DNA from: Henriciella sp.
GTDB taxonomy: Bacteria > Pseudomonadota > Alphaproteobacteria > Caulobacterales > Hyphomonadaceae
Direction of reading: 5' to 3'
NCBI RefSeq assembly: GCF_012960415.1
Contig: NZ_DUBH01000043.1
Location: 513-64,512, forward strand
Length of the DNA stretch: 64,000 nucleotides
Position numbers and translations under genes: made by a program
Shown: positions 9,636 to 19,228 of the stretch, piece after piece
How the letters are laid out: the number at the start of each line of letters is the position of its first letter
How positions within the stretch are numbered: the first letter of the stretch is position 1
Notes under the pieces: generated by a model
The model's database searches: none
What the model was told of the DNA's origin: nothing
What the model saw: only the letters and a program-made list of their open reading frames with translations

Positions 9636-9878
9636 TCAATCTCGTTTGTTTTCCTGCTCGCGCAGGCGCCGGATCAGATCCTGCAGCCGCTCAGGAACTG
9701 GCTCTTCAGCCACGTCCCGATAAGCCTTTCGCAGGGCTTCACCGACAGGCGGTTCCTTCATCCAGGGTGATGGCGATTTGCGGCCTTGCGCCGGCGACGA
9801 TTTCTTCTTGGTCAAAATTTCGTCCCGGCGATAGAAAATCAGGTCCGCTCTGGTGCCACACACCCCTTCAAGTCGCAA
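9636..9878 (-). CDS. nepR: NepR-family anti-sigma factor
   Basis: Small ORF 24 nt upstream of the ECF sigma gene. The C-terminal VGEALRKAYRDVAEEPVPERLQDLIRRL matches the conserved NepR sigma-binding helix as I recall it. The start is uncertain; an internal ATG lies at 9761. Confidence 0.65.
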   Translation of the reverse strand: MRLEGVCGTRADLIFYRRDEILTKKKSSPAQGRKSPSPWMKEPPVGEALRKAYRDVAEEPVPERLQDLIRRLREQENKRD

Positions 9879-10027
9879 CTATGCCTAATGCCATCTAACA
9901 TTCATTTTCCTAATCGCTTTCTAAATTCAGGTGAAAACTTCTGCCTTTCGCGCAGTTGCGCTGCATCAACTGCCGGGCCGGGACCGACGCTGCACATGTC
10001 GGAACTGTAAATTGCGCGAAGAAAGCG

Positions 10028-10052
10028 GAAACATAACAACGTCGACGACGTT
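10028..10052 (+). promoter_or_regulatory. Candidate EcfG-type promoter (GAAAC-N16-CGTT) overlapping a 17-bp palindrome, ~105 nt upstream of tamA
   Basis: GAAAC at 10028-10032, a 16-nt spacer, and CGTT at 10049-10052. This is one mismatch from the GGAAC-N16/17-CGTT consensus. The palindrome CAACGTCG-A-CGACGTTG spans 10037-10053. Confidence 0.3.
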
Positions 10053-10156
10053 GAATTTCAGTGCATTCAACATATCGCTTAAGTGAAGTCGTCGGCGTCC
10101 CAGGGCAGCCGCTGTCGATAGCGGTGTAGAGTTGTTGCCTAGCGAGCCAGGGACTG

Positions 10157-11923
10157 ATGATTAATCGACTTACCTTCTTTCTTGTCGCCGCCCTGGCGAT
10201 GGCAGCATCTGCTGCCGCAGAGAAAGTTGATATCGAGTTCGCAGGCGACAGGCCGAACGGTGAATTACGGTCAGTTCTTCAGAATGCCCTCGCCGATGAA
10301 AGCACGCCGCAGACAGCGCTGGAGGCGCGCCGGCAGGGAAGGCGCGCGGCCGAAGCGGTCCGCAGCGCGCTGAACAGCGAAGGCTATTACGACCCCCAGA
10401 TCGACCTCGCTGTGCTGGGCACGGACGCACCAGAGGCCCGGCTGCGGATCGATACGGGCCCTCGCTTCGCGCTTGGCAGGGTAAAGGTCTCATTCGTTGG
10501 CACGAGCCCCACCGAAGCCGATCAGGATCTGATCCGGAACGGCCTACCTGTTCGCGCGGGGCGCCCTGCTATTCCGGCGGATGTGATCGATGCGGAACGC
10601 TGGATCACGAACGAGCTGCGCAATGCCGGCTATCCCTATGCCGAAGTGGACGAACGCCGCGTCATTGGAGACCGCGACGCAGAAACGCTAAGCGTCACCT
10701 ATGAGACCCGCACTGGCCCGCGCGTCGTCTTCGGCGAGACCCGCTTTCCGAACGAGAAGATGAAGACAAAGGCGAGCTATCTCGACCGGCTCATTCCCTA
10801 TGAGGCGGGCGAGGTTTACGACCCTGCCGCGCTTTCCCAGTTCAACACACGGCTTGCCGAAACGCGCATGTTTAAGGTGGCGCGCGCCGACCTCACGAAC
10901 GAGCCGTCCGGTGAAACAGAAGACGGGCAGGAAATCCGCGATGTGGTCGTGACCCTGACCGAGCGGCCTCAGAACTCGATCGGGCTCGGCGGCAAGTACT
11001 CGACCAGCGAAGGCTTTGGTCTCAATGCGGAACTCACCCGCCGCAATCTGACCCGCCGCGGCGATGTGCTGAGCGCCGACCTCACTGTGGCCGAGCTTGA
11101 GCAGTCTTTGGAAGTTATCTGGCGCCGCCCGAATGAGTTCGGCTATGGCCGCGGGCTCGTTCTTTCGGCGGGCGTCAAGAATGAAACGACCGACGCCTAT
11201 GACCGTCAGGCGGTTTTCGCAGGCGTCGGCTTTGAAGTCGTCCGCAGTCCCGAGTTCACCTATTCCTATGGTGTACAGGGCGAAATCGCGAAAGAAGAAG
11301 ACGAGTATGGCGAGCGCGACCTTCAGATCGTCTCCGTCTATGCCGACGCCCGCCTCGACAAGACTGACAGCCTGCTCGACCCGCGCTCAGGCTGGCGGGC
11401 TAACGCACGGGTCGAACCAAGTTATGCCTTTGGCGACGAGGTCAGCCCGTACGTGCGCTCGGTTGGCCAGATTAGCGCCTATGTGCCCTTTGACGAGGAC
11501 AGGAAGTTTGTCCTTGCCGGGCGTTTCAAGGCGGGGGCTGTTGTGGGCGCCGATGTCGAGAATCTGCCCGTCGATACGCGCTTCTATTCTGGTGGCGGCG
11601 GCAGCGTGCGCGGCTATGCCTATCAGGCGATTGGGCCGCGCGCCGATGATGGCACGCCGCTTGGCGGCTCATCCGTCATTGAAGCCTCGATCGAGGGGCG
11701 TTATGCCGTGCGGCCGAACATCGGCGTGGTGGCCTTCCTCGATGCAGGGGCTGTCTCGACCAGCCAGTTCTCCGATTTCAGCGATGCGCGCTATGGCGCC
11801 GGCGTCGGCGTGCGCTACACCACGCCCGCAGGCCCGATCCGCCTTGATTTGGCGACACCGCTGAACCCCACAGATTTTGACGACCCGGTCCAGATCTACA
11901 TCTCGATCGGTCAGGCCTTTTAA
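10157..11923 (+). CDS. tamA: TamA, Omp85-family outer-membrane translocation and assembly module protein
   Basis: Has a signal peptide (MINRLTFFLVAALAMAASAAA), POTRA-like repeats, and a C-terminal Omp85 barrel (RFYSGGGGSVRGY ... IYISIGQAF, ending in Phe). It is followed by tamB with a TAATG overlap. Confidence 0.85.
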   Translation: MINRLTFFLVAALAMAASAAAEKVDIEFAGDRPNGELRSVLQNALADESTPQTALEARRQGRRAAEAVRSALNSEGYYDPQIDLAVLGTDAPEARLRIDTGPRFALGRVKVSFVGTSPTEADQDLIRNGLPVRAGRPAIPADVIDAERWITNELRNAGYPYAEVDERRVIGDRDAETLSVTYETRTGPRVVFGETRFPNEKMKTKASYLDRLIPYEAGEVYDPAALSQFNTRLAETRMFKVARADLTNEPSGETEDGQEIRDVVVTLTERPQNSIGLGGKYSTSEGFGLNAELTRRNLTRRGDVLSADLTVAELEQSLEVIWRRPNEFGYGRGLVLSAGVKNETTDAYDRQAVFAGVGFEVVRSPEFTYSYGVQGEIAKEEDEYGERDLQIVSVYADARLDKTDSLLDPRSGWRANARVEPSYAFGDEVSPYVRSVGQISAYVPFDEDRKFVLAGRFKAGAVVGADVENLPVDTRFYSGGGGSVRGYAYQAIGPRADDGTPLGGSSVIEASIEGRYAVRPNIGVVAFLDAGAVSTSQFSDFSDARYGAGVGVRYTTPAGPIRLDLATPLNPTDFDDPVQIYISIGQAF

Positions 11924-14900
11924 TGAGCACCACTGATCCAGCTCCAAGCCAGCCCGCCCAAAAGCGGAGCCTGACCCGCCGCCTTCTGAAATGGACGGCG
12001 ATTGGGCTCGGCGTGCTGCTGGCGCTGATCATTATCCTGATACTCGCAGCTCGATATGCCGCGCAGTCCGCCTTTGGCCGCGAATTCGTCGAGACCCGGA
12101 TCGAAGCGGCGGACCCGTCCGGTCAGGAGATTGAGGTCGAAGGCCTGTCAGGTGACCTACTTGGCACATTCCGGATCGAGCGGCTTACCGTCGCCGATGA
12201 GGACGGTGTCTGGCTGATCGCGGAAAACCTCCTCGCCGACTGGAAGCCGTTTGACCTGCGCCGGCGGGCGCTGACGATCGAAGCGCTGGAAGCGGACCTC
12301 ATTCATGTCCTGCGCCGCCCTATCCTGCAGCCTTCCGACCGCGAAACTTCTTCGGGCGGCTCCATGCCACTGCGCGCAGGCGAGCTTGGGCGCCTGCGCA
12401 TTGGAGAGCTGCGAACTGATGAAGGCGTCATTCCACGCCCGCTATCGCTGAATATCGAAGCTCAGGGCCGGATTGGCCGCGACGGCGGGCGCACCGAAAT
12501 GGCGGTCGTCCCGCTGGATGGTAATGGCGATGAACTGCTCGCAGACCTCACCTGGTCAGACGATTTCCGGGTTCAGGGCAATCTGGAGCTCGAAGGCCCC
12601 GCCGGCGGCCTGTTTGCGAGCCTTGCCCGCCTGGACCCGGACCAATCGATCTCTGCTACGCTGGACACACAAGGCGCGCTGAATGACTGGCAGGCCGATG
12701 CAGACATCGAAATTGGCGACTCGTCGCTCATCATGCTCGATGCTGAGGCGCGCGAGCAGGTCATCAGCTTTCAGTCAGATATTCAGCCAGCGCTGCACCC
12801 GTTGACGCGAAGGATCGCAGATACGCTTGGCGAAACCCTCTCGATTGAAGGTGACCTGTCGCGCGGCGAAGGGGGCCCGTCGCTTGACGTCACTGCTATC
12901 GCCGAAGGCCTGGAGCTGAGCGCGATCGCCCAGCAGAGCGAAGAGGGCGGCTACCGCGCCGACCTGCGGCTGACAGCGGACAATCCGACCCGCTATACCA
13001 ATGTCGAGAACGTATCTGTCGGCGAGGCCATGCTGGACGGCGTGCTTGTCTATACGGATGGCACGGCGCGCTTTGACGGCGATGTTCGGGCGTCTGGTGT
13101 TGATGTACCATCCTTTGCCGCTGACACTGTATCCGGACCGATGACGGCCATCTATGGCGACGGCCGTGCGAGTGTACGCACCACGCTGACCGCAGCGGGT
13201 GCAAACCTGCCAGGTATGAGCGGACAGATCGCAGGTCGCGCGCCGGTGCTCGTGCTGAATGGCGACTACAATATCGCAGACCGGACCATCGAACTTCGCG
13301 AGACGGTTGTGCGAGGTCGCGCGGGCCGTATCGCCGCCCAGGGCGATATCGCCTTGTCGCCTTCGCTGAGCGCCAATGTCTCTGGCAGCTTCCAGCTTGA
13401 TGGCAGCGCCGCCAGCCTCGCCCGCCCGGTGAACCTTCAAGGTAATTTTGAAGCGAGCCGTGCTGGCGCTGGCGCGACCCGGTTCAATACGCAGATCAAT
13501 GCGAGTGAGCTTGGTGCCCTGCCTGCCCCGTTGAGCGACTGGGCATCGGACGCCGCCTTGCTCAATGTAAACGGCGTGCTGCAGCCAGACAATGCCGTGG
13601 ATCTCAACCAGATTTCGCTGGAAAGCGGGACGTTATCACTCAATGGATCGGGCCGGCTCAGTAGCGAGCAGGCCATATCGGCGTCGCTGCACCTGCAGGC
13701 GGGCGAAGCGAATGTGGCAGGCTATGCGCTTGAGAGCGTGAGCGGGCGCGCTGACGTTTCCGGTACGCTGGACGCGATGGATTTCGTGGTGAACTTCAAT
13801 GCGCCGCAGCTTGCGAGCGAAAGCCTCACCTTCACAGATATCGGCCTTGGCGCGGACGGCACCTATGGCGGCGGCGCGCTGAACGCATCCGTTTCGCTAG
13901 GGGCCGGGACGACGAATGGACCGCTCGACGTTCAGACCGGTGTCGCCCTCAACGGGTCTGACTGGCGAGTTGAGGGGCTTGAGGCGAGCTGGGGTCCGCT
14001 AGCTGCGAACGCGACCGTCAGCGGCTCGGGTGGTAAGTTCGGCGCGATACGCGGCGAAGCGAATGTTCGCGGCGACCTGCCGGAAGGGCTGCCTGCCCGA
14101 CGCGTTGATGCCAGCGCTTTCATCGAAGGCGAGGCGCTGACGATTGATGCAACGCTGGAAGAAGTCGCCGCCGGGCCGACCCGCGCAGACGCTCTCGTCA
14201 TCCGCGCGACAGGTACGCCAGATAATGCCGACTTCATCGTCGAAATGGATGGCAGCACCGAGGTCGACGGCCTTTCCTATCGCACGCTCTTGAATGTCGA
14301 CGGCAATGTCAGCGGGCTGATCAGCGGCGCAATGGAGCTGACCGCGGGCCTCGACGCAAGCCTTGGCGACCTGACATTAGTGACGCAGGAACCGCTTCGC
14401 TACGCCTCGTTCGAAGACGGGATGGAAGTGTCGACAGAATTTGCAGCGCTTGGCGGCTCGCTATCAGCCAGCCTGACCACACGGGGCGACACACAGTTGC
14501 GGGCGTCGGCAGGCGGGCTCGAAGTCGCGCCCCTCCTGGTCCTCCTTGGTCGCCCCGCACTTGATGGCGCACTGGACCTGTCGCTGGCCTTCGATGAAGC
14601 AGCCGAAGGCGGACTGAGCGGTCCCATCGAAGCAGAGATGCGCGGTGTCTCGCGCCCGGGCTCAGACCTTCCACCAGTGAATTTGTTCGTGAGGGGCACG
14701 CTGCAGCCTGAACTCCTCGATCTGGTGCTCCGTGCTCTCGACAATGAAACGCTCGAAGCCCGCGCGGCGATTGAAGTGCCTGTGAACACGTATGAAAGCG
14801 CGCCATTCATACAGCCCGTTTCTGGCGCCAGCATGCCCTTCTCCGCCAATGCCAGCGGCCAGATCGAAGCGATAGCTGCGCTGTTTATCCCGCCGCAAAT

Positions 14901-16125
14901 GGTGCTGCAGGGCGTGGTGAATGCTGACGTGTCAGGCGAGCTGCCATCCCTGAATGAGAGCTTCTCGGGCAGGGTGCAGTTCTCTGAAGGCGTCTTCGAG
15001 CATGGTGACCTCGGCATGGTTCTCAACCAGATATCCGCTGATGCACGCCTCGGCAGCGGCACTGTGAACCTCGAAAGCTTCAGCGCACGCGGGCGATCCG
15101 GCGGCACGCTTGAGGGCAGCGGCACCATGGCCGTTGATGGATCGGGACGCAGCGATGTCCGGATCCGCGCCGATCAGCTGGTCGTCACAGAGCGACGTGA
15201 GGGCTCGGCGACAGTGAGCGGGACACTGTCACTGAACCAGCAGCCAGACCTGTTTGAGATCACAGGCGACCTCACGGTCGATGAAGGCTCTATCAACCTC
15301 GCAAACCTGCCGCAGGGCGGCCCGCCGACGCTGGATGTGACTTTCCGACAGCCGGATGAGGAAGAAGAAGAGGAAGACGTCGAGGAGGCCGCGACCCGTC
15401 TCGATATCAGCCTCAACGCGCCTGGTCGGATCGACATTAGCGGGCGCGGCGTCAATGCGGAGCTTGCCCTCGATGCCGACATTGAGGGCCCGATTGCCAT
15501 CCCGGTCATAACTGGTCAGGCAGAAATCGTGCGCGGCCGGTTTGACCTGATCGGCAAGCGGTTCGAGTTCGGAGAGAGCACCGTGCGGCTTGCGCCAGAC
15601 CTCGGTGAAAGCCGTCTGGCCGTCCGCGCCGAGCATGAGACGCGCGACGACATTACAGCAATCCTGAACGTGGTCGGGACGGTGTCGCGGCCAGAAATTG
15701 AGCTGACCTCGGAACCGGTGCTGCCGGAAGATGAGGTTCTCTCGCGTGTCCTCTTCGGCCGCTCGCCGACGCAGCTGACAGCGCTGGAAACCGCGCGTCT
15801 GGCAGCGGCGCTCGCCCAGCTTTCCGGCGGCGGCGGCTTTGACCTTCTTGGCGGCATTGAGACCGCGCTCGGCCTGGACACATTCGATGTCGGCAGCGGC
15901 GCGAGCGGCGGCGTCGAGGTGACAAGCGGCAAGTACCTTACCGACAATGTCTATCTTGAAGTGCGTTCAGGCGCGACGGGCGCGCCGGGCATCGCCATTG
16001 AGTGGGAGCCGATCGAGAATATCGAGATCGAGGCCGCCACGAATACGGGCGAGGACCTGGGTCAGGAACTCTCGATCCAGTGGACGCGCGACTTCGATGA
16101 TCCCGGAAGCGGTGACGAAGACTAG
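11923..16125 (+). CDS. tamB: TamB, inner-membrane-anchored translocation and assembly module protein (DUF490)
   Basis: 1400 aa with an N-terminal TM anchor (IGLGVLLALIIILILAA), long beta-rich repeats, and a C-terminal TamB-like region (SGKYLTDNVYLEVRSG). It is coupled to tamA. Confidence 0.85.
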   Translation: MSTTDPAPSQPAQKRSLTRRLLKWTAIGLGVLLALIIILILAARYAAQSAFGREFVETRIEAADPSGQEIEVEGLSGDLLGTFRIERLTVADEDGVWLIAENLLADWKPFDLRRRALTIEALEADLIHVLRRPILQPSDRETSSGGSMPLRAGELGRLRIGELRTDEGVIPRPLSLNIEAQGRIGRDGGRTEMAVVPLDGNGDELLADLTWSDDFRVQGNLELEGPAGGLFASLARLDPDQSISATLDTQGALNDWQADADIEIGDSSLIMLDAEAREQVISFQSDIQPALHPLTRRIADTLGETLSIEGDLSRGEGGPSLDVTAIAEGLELSAIAQQSEEGGYRADLRLTADNPTRYTNVENVSVGEAMLDGVLVYTDGTARFDGDVRASGVDVPSFAADTVSGPMTAIYGDGRASVRTTLTAAGANLPGMSGQIAGRAPVLVLNGDYNIADRTIELRETVVRGRAGRIAAQGDIALSPSLSANVSGSFQLDGSAASLARPVNLQGNFEASRAGAGATRFNTQINASELGALPAPLSDWASDAALLNVNGVLQPDNAVDLNQISLESGTLSLNGSGRLSSEQAISASLHLQAGEANVAGYALESVSGRADVSGTLDAMDFVVNFNAPQLASESLTFTDIGLGADGTYGGGALNASVSLGAGTTNGPLDVQTGVALNGSDWRVEGLEASWGPLAANATVSGSGGKFGAIRGEANVRGDLPEGLPARRVDASAFIEGEALTIDATLEEVAAGPTRADALVIRATGTPDNADFIVEMDGSTEVDGLSYRTLLNVDGNVSGLISGAMELTAGLDASLGDLTLVTQEPLRYASFEDGMEVSTEFAALGGSLSASLTTRGDTQLRASAGGLEVAPLLVLLGRPALDGALDLSLAFDEAAEGGLSGPIEAEMRGVSRPGSDLPPVNLFVRGTLQPELLDLVLRALDNETLEARAAIEVPVNTYESAPFIQPVSGASMPFSANASGQIEAIAALFIPPQMVLQGVVNADVSGELPSLNESFSGRVQFSEGVFEHGDLGMVLNQISADARLGSGTVNLESFSARGRSGGTLEGSGTMAVDGSGRSDVRIRADQLVVTERREGSATVSGTLSLNQQPDLFEITGDLTVDEGSINLANLPQGGPPTLDVTFRQPDEEEEEEDVEEAATRLDISLNAPGRIDISGRGVNAELALDADIEGPIAIPVITGQAEIVRGRFDLIGKRFEFGESTVRLAPDLGESRLAVRAEHETRDDITAILNVVGTVSRPEIELTSEPVLPEDEVLSRVLFGRSPTQLTALETARLAAALAQLSGGGGFDLLGGIETALGLDTFDVGSGASGGVEVTSGKYLTDNVYLEVRSGATGAPGIAIEWEPIENIEIEAATNTGEDLGQELSIQWTRDFDDPGSGDED

Positions 16126-17012
16126 AGCTCGCCTTTGAGACGGCGCATCACGCCGGAAAAATCGATATCGCCGAAGCCGTCTTCATCCAGCTTCGCATAG
16201 ATCTGCTGAGCGTGATTGCCGAGCGGCGTATCGGCCCCGACATCATCGCCCGCACCCATGGCAAGCCGCAGATCCTTCAGCATCATGGCGACCGCGAAGC
16301 CCGGCTTGTAGTCGCGGTTCGATGGCGCGGTCGGCACAGGCCCTGGCGCCGGGCAATAGCTGGTCATGGACCAGCACTGCCCGGACGCGGTGGACGAGAT
16401 GTCGTAGAAAGTCTGCGCATCGAGACCGAGCTTTTCAGCAAGGTTGAACGCCTCGCAGGTGCCGATCATGGAGATGCCGAGCAGCATGTTGTTCGCGATC
16501 TTCGCGACCTGTCCGTTGCCCGGATCGCCCGCATGGAAGACATTCTTGCCCATGACGTCGAGGATCGGCTTTGCCTTCTCGAACCCGTGCTTTGGGCCAC
16601 CCACCATGAAGGTCAGCGTGCCTGCCTCGGCAGCGGCAACACCACCCGACACCGGTGCGTCCATATAGGAAAAGCCCGCTTCTGCGGCTTTCCCGGCAGC
16701 ATCGCGCGCCTCTTCGACGGCGATAGTCGAACAGTCAAGGAAAAGCGTGCCCGGCTTTGCGTGTGCCGTCACACCACCCTCACCGAAATAGACCTGATGG
16801 ACATGCTTGCCCGCTGGCAGCATGGACACCACGACGTCGACATCGCTCACCGCCTCGCCGACAGTGGCAGCGGCCTTTGCTCCTGCCGCGACAGCGGCTT
16901 TCACCGCATCTCCGTTAAGATCGAAGGCGTGCACCTCATGTCCCGCCTTGGCGAGGTTTGCGCACATGCCGGAGCCCATATTGCCAAGGCCAATGAATGC
17001 AATCTTCGTCAT
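16122..17012 (-). CDS. mmsB: 3-hydroxyisobutyrate dehydrogenase
   Basis: Rossmann N-terminus MTKIAFIGLGNMGSGMCANL, overall HIBADH-family pattern, and a valine-catabolism operon context. Confidence 0.85.
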   Translation of the reverse strand: MTKIAFIGLGNMGSGMCANLAKAGHEVHAFDLNGDAVKAAVAAGAKAAATVGEAVSDVDVVVSMLPAGKHVHQVYFGEGGVTAHAKPGTLFLDCSTIAVEEARDAAGKAAEAGFSYMDAPVSGGVAAAEAGTLTFMVGGPKHGFEKAKPILDVMGKNVFHAGDPGNGQVAKIANNMLLGISMIGTCEAFNLAEKLGLDAQTFYDISSTASGQCWSMTSYCPAPGPVPTAPSNRDYKPGFAVAMMLKDLRLAMGAGDDVGADTPLGNHAQQIYAKLDEDGFGDIDFSGVMRRLKGEL

Positions 17013-17027
17013 GGTGAGATCTCCTCC

Positions 17028-18053
17028 CTAGAGAAATGTGAGCTCGTCTGCCCCTAGCGGCGCGAAGAAGCTGTCGACCAGCTTCTCATCCACTGAGGCC
17101 AGATCGGCCGGGACCCATTTGGGGTCATTATCACGGTCAACGAGTACGGCGCGGACGCCTTCGATGAAATTCTCGGTGCAGACCATGCGCGCGCCGATCC
17201 GGAATTCCATTTTCATGTTGTCCCGGAAGTCGCTGAGCTTGCCGCCTTCGCGGAGCTGTCGGTGCGCAACCTTGAGCGTGAGCGGTGATTTGGTTTTCAG
17301 CATGTCGGCCTGTTTCCGGGCCCACTCGCCGCCAGCTTCGAGGCAGGCGATGATCTCTTCGACCGTGTCCTTGCCAAAGCAGGTGTCGATTTCAGAGCGG
17401 TGTTCCGCAAAGCTGCCCGTTGCCGATTGCTCCAGATCATCCAGCGCGGAAACGCCCTGTCCTGCCAACTTGTCTGCGAGACCGCTCACATCCTCAGTGA
17501 AGTGCGTCGCAACGCCTGCGGCCAACACGTCCTTGCCTTTCAACCGAGCGCCGGTGAGTGCCAGCCACTGGCCAAGCTCGCCATCGAGGCGCGGCAGGAA
17601 CCAGCCGCCGCCAACATCGGGAAAGAGGCCGATACCGCTTTCTGGCATTGCAAATGTCGTGTTCGCTGTGGCGACCCGGTAATTGCCATGCACCGAAATG
17701 CCGACGCCGCCGCCCATCGTCACGCCATCGATAATGGCAACATAAGGTTTGGGATATTCCTCGATCAGCGTGTTCAGCTGGTATTCGGTCGCAAAGAAGT
17801 CCTTTGCTTCCTTGCCGCCGGCTTTGCCGGACTCCTGCAGCATGCGGATATCGCCGCCCGCGCAGAAACCGCGCGTGTCAGCCAGGTGATCAACGATAAC
17901 CAGCTCAACCGCATCATCTTCGCGCCAGGCCAGCAGCGCATCTATCATCAGCTCGCACATCTCCTGGTCGAGGGCGTGCAGAGCCTTGGGGCGGTTCAGC
18001 GTGATGCGGCCGGCGCGGCCCTCTTTGCGGGCGATGACAACTGGATCGCTCAT
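17028..18053 (-). CDS. 3-hydroxyisobutyryl-CoA hydrolase (enoyl-CoA hydratase/isomerase family)
   Basis: Crotonase-fold motifs ITLNRPKALHAL...FCAGGDI. The length (~341 aa) and the C-terminal extension are typical of HIBCH. It overlaps the upstream ACAD gene by 4 nt. Confidence 0.8.
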   Translation of the reverse strand: MSDPVVIARKEGRAGRITLNRPKALHALDQEMCELMIDALLAWREDDAVELVIVDHLADTRGFCAGGDIRMLQESGKAGGKEAKDFFATEYQLNTLIEEYPKPYVAIIDGVTMGGGVGISVHGNYRVATANTTFAMPESGIGLFPDVGGGWFLPRLDGELGQWLALTGARLKGKDVLAAGVATHFTEDVSGLADKLAGQGVSALDDLEQSATGSFAEHRSEIDTCFGKDTVEEIIACLEAGGEWARKQADMLKTKSPLTLKVAHRQLREGGKLSDFRDNMKMEFRIGARMVCTENFIEGVRAVLVDRDNDPKWVPADLASVDEKLVDSFFAPLGADELTFL

Positions 18054-19192
18054 ACCTGGCCTTTCATCATTTCACGCGCGACGATGACGCGCATGATTTC
18101 ATTGGTGCCTTCAAGGATCTGGTGAACGCGAAGATCGCGCACGATCCGCTCGACTTCATAATCACCGAGATAGCCATAGCCGCCATGAAGCTGGAGCGCT
18201 TCATTGGCGACCTTGGAGGCGGTGTCCGTCACGAAGCGCTTTGCCATGGCGCAGAACTTGGTCGCGTCAGGCGTCTTCCTGTCGAGCTTGGTGGCGGCTT
18301 CATAAAGGAGCGCGCGGGCAGCGGCGAGCTCTGTCTCCATGTCGGCGAGCTTGAATTGGGTCGCCTGAAACTCGATGATGGCGCGGCCGAACTGCTCACG
18401 TTCCTGCACGTAGGCAAAGGCGCGGTCGAGCGCATCCTGCGCCCCGCCCAGCGCGCACGCGGCGATGTTGAGCCGTCCGCCATCGAGGCCGGCCATGGCG
18501 AATTTGAAGCCATGCCCCTCATCGCCAACGCGGTTCGTCGCCGGAATGCGGCAGTCATCGAAATTGACCATCGCGGTGGGCTGGGCGCGCCAGCCCATCT
18601 TGTCTTCATGCTTGCCGAAGGAAAGACCCGGCGCATCCTTGTCGACAATGAAGGTCGAGACGCCCTTGGCGCCGCCATCATCGGTGCGCGCCATGACGAC
18701 ATAGACATCTGAAAAACCAGCACCGGAAATGAAGACCTTGGCGCCGTTGAGGACGTATTCATCGCCCTCCAGCTTTGCCGTTGTCTTGAGGCTGGCAGCA
18801 TCGGAGCCTGCGCCCGGTTCGGTGAGACAGTAGGAGGCAATCAGCTCTGTGGCTGTGAGGCGCGGGACATATTTCGCGCGCAGCTGGTCATGGGCGAAGC
18901 TGTCGATCATCCATGTCGCCATGTTGTGGATCGACAGGAAGGCCGCATGGCTGATGTCGCCGCGAGACAGCTGCTCGAAGATCAGCGCCGCGTCGAGCCG
19001 CGTCAGGCCAGAGCCGCCATGCTCTTCGGTCGTATAGATGCCGCCAAAGCCAAGCTCTCCAAGCGCTTCCAGCTTGGAGCGATCAAGATTGCCTTCCTTG
19101 TCCCACCTCGCCGCATTCGGGCGAAGCTCCTTCATGGCGAACCCCTTCGCCATGTCGGAAATCATCGTCTGTTCTTCGGTTAGAAGCGTCAT
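18050..19192 (-). CDS. Acyl-CoA dehydrogenase (isobutyryl-CoA dehydrogenase-like)
   Basis: ACAD pattern throughout (CLTEPGAGSD, YRVERIVRDLRVHQILEGTNEIMR). ATG 19192 has a GAGG upstream. The ORF extends to 19207. Confidence 0.85.
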   Translation of the reverse strand: MTLLTEEQTMISDMAKGFAMKELRPNAARWDKEGNLDRSKLEALGELGFGGIYTTEEHGGSGLTRLDAALIFEQLSRGDISHAAFLSIHNMATWMIDSFAHDQLRAKYVPRLTATELIASYCLTEPGAGSDAASLKTTAKLEGDEYVLNGAKVFISGAGFSDVYVVMARTDDGGAKGVSTFIVDKDAPGLSFGKHEDKMGWRAQPTAMVNFDDCRIPATNRVGDEGHGFKFAMAGLDGGRLNIAACALGGAQDALDRAFAYVQEREQFGRAIIEFQATQFKLADMETELAAARALLYEAATKLDRKTPDATKFCAMAKRFVTDTASKVANEALQLHGGYGYLGDYEVERIVRDLRVHQILEGTNEIMRVIVAREMMKGQV

Positions 19193-19228
19193 GGACTTAA
19201 CCCTCAAAATCTAGGACTTGGGTCAGAC

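Noticed and set aside
9879-10000. Searched for a canonical EcfG promoter (GGAAC-N16/17-CGTT) upstream of nepR on the minus strand.
   Set aside because: No AACG-N16/17-GTTCC is present on the plus strand in this interval. The only GGAAC on the nepR strand lies inside the coding sequence (ATGAAGGAACCG) and is not followed by CGTT at the right spacing.
16122-16125. The convergent tamB and mmsB stop codons overlap within a CTAG tetranucleotide, with no intergenic terminator.
   Set aside because: This is real but probably just compact genome organisation. There is no structure to suggest a regulatory element.
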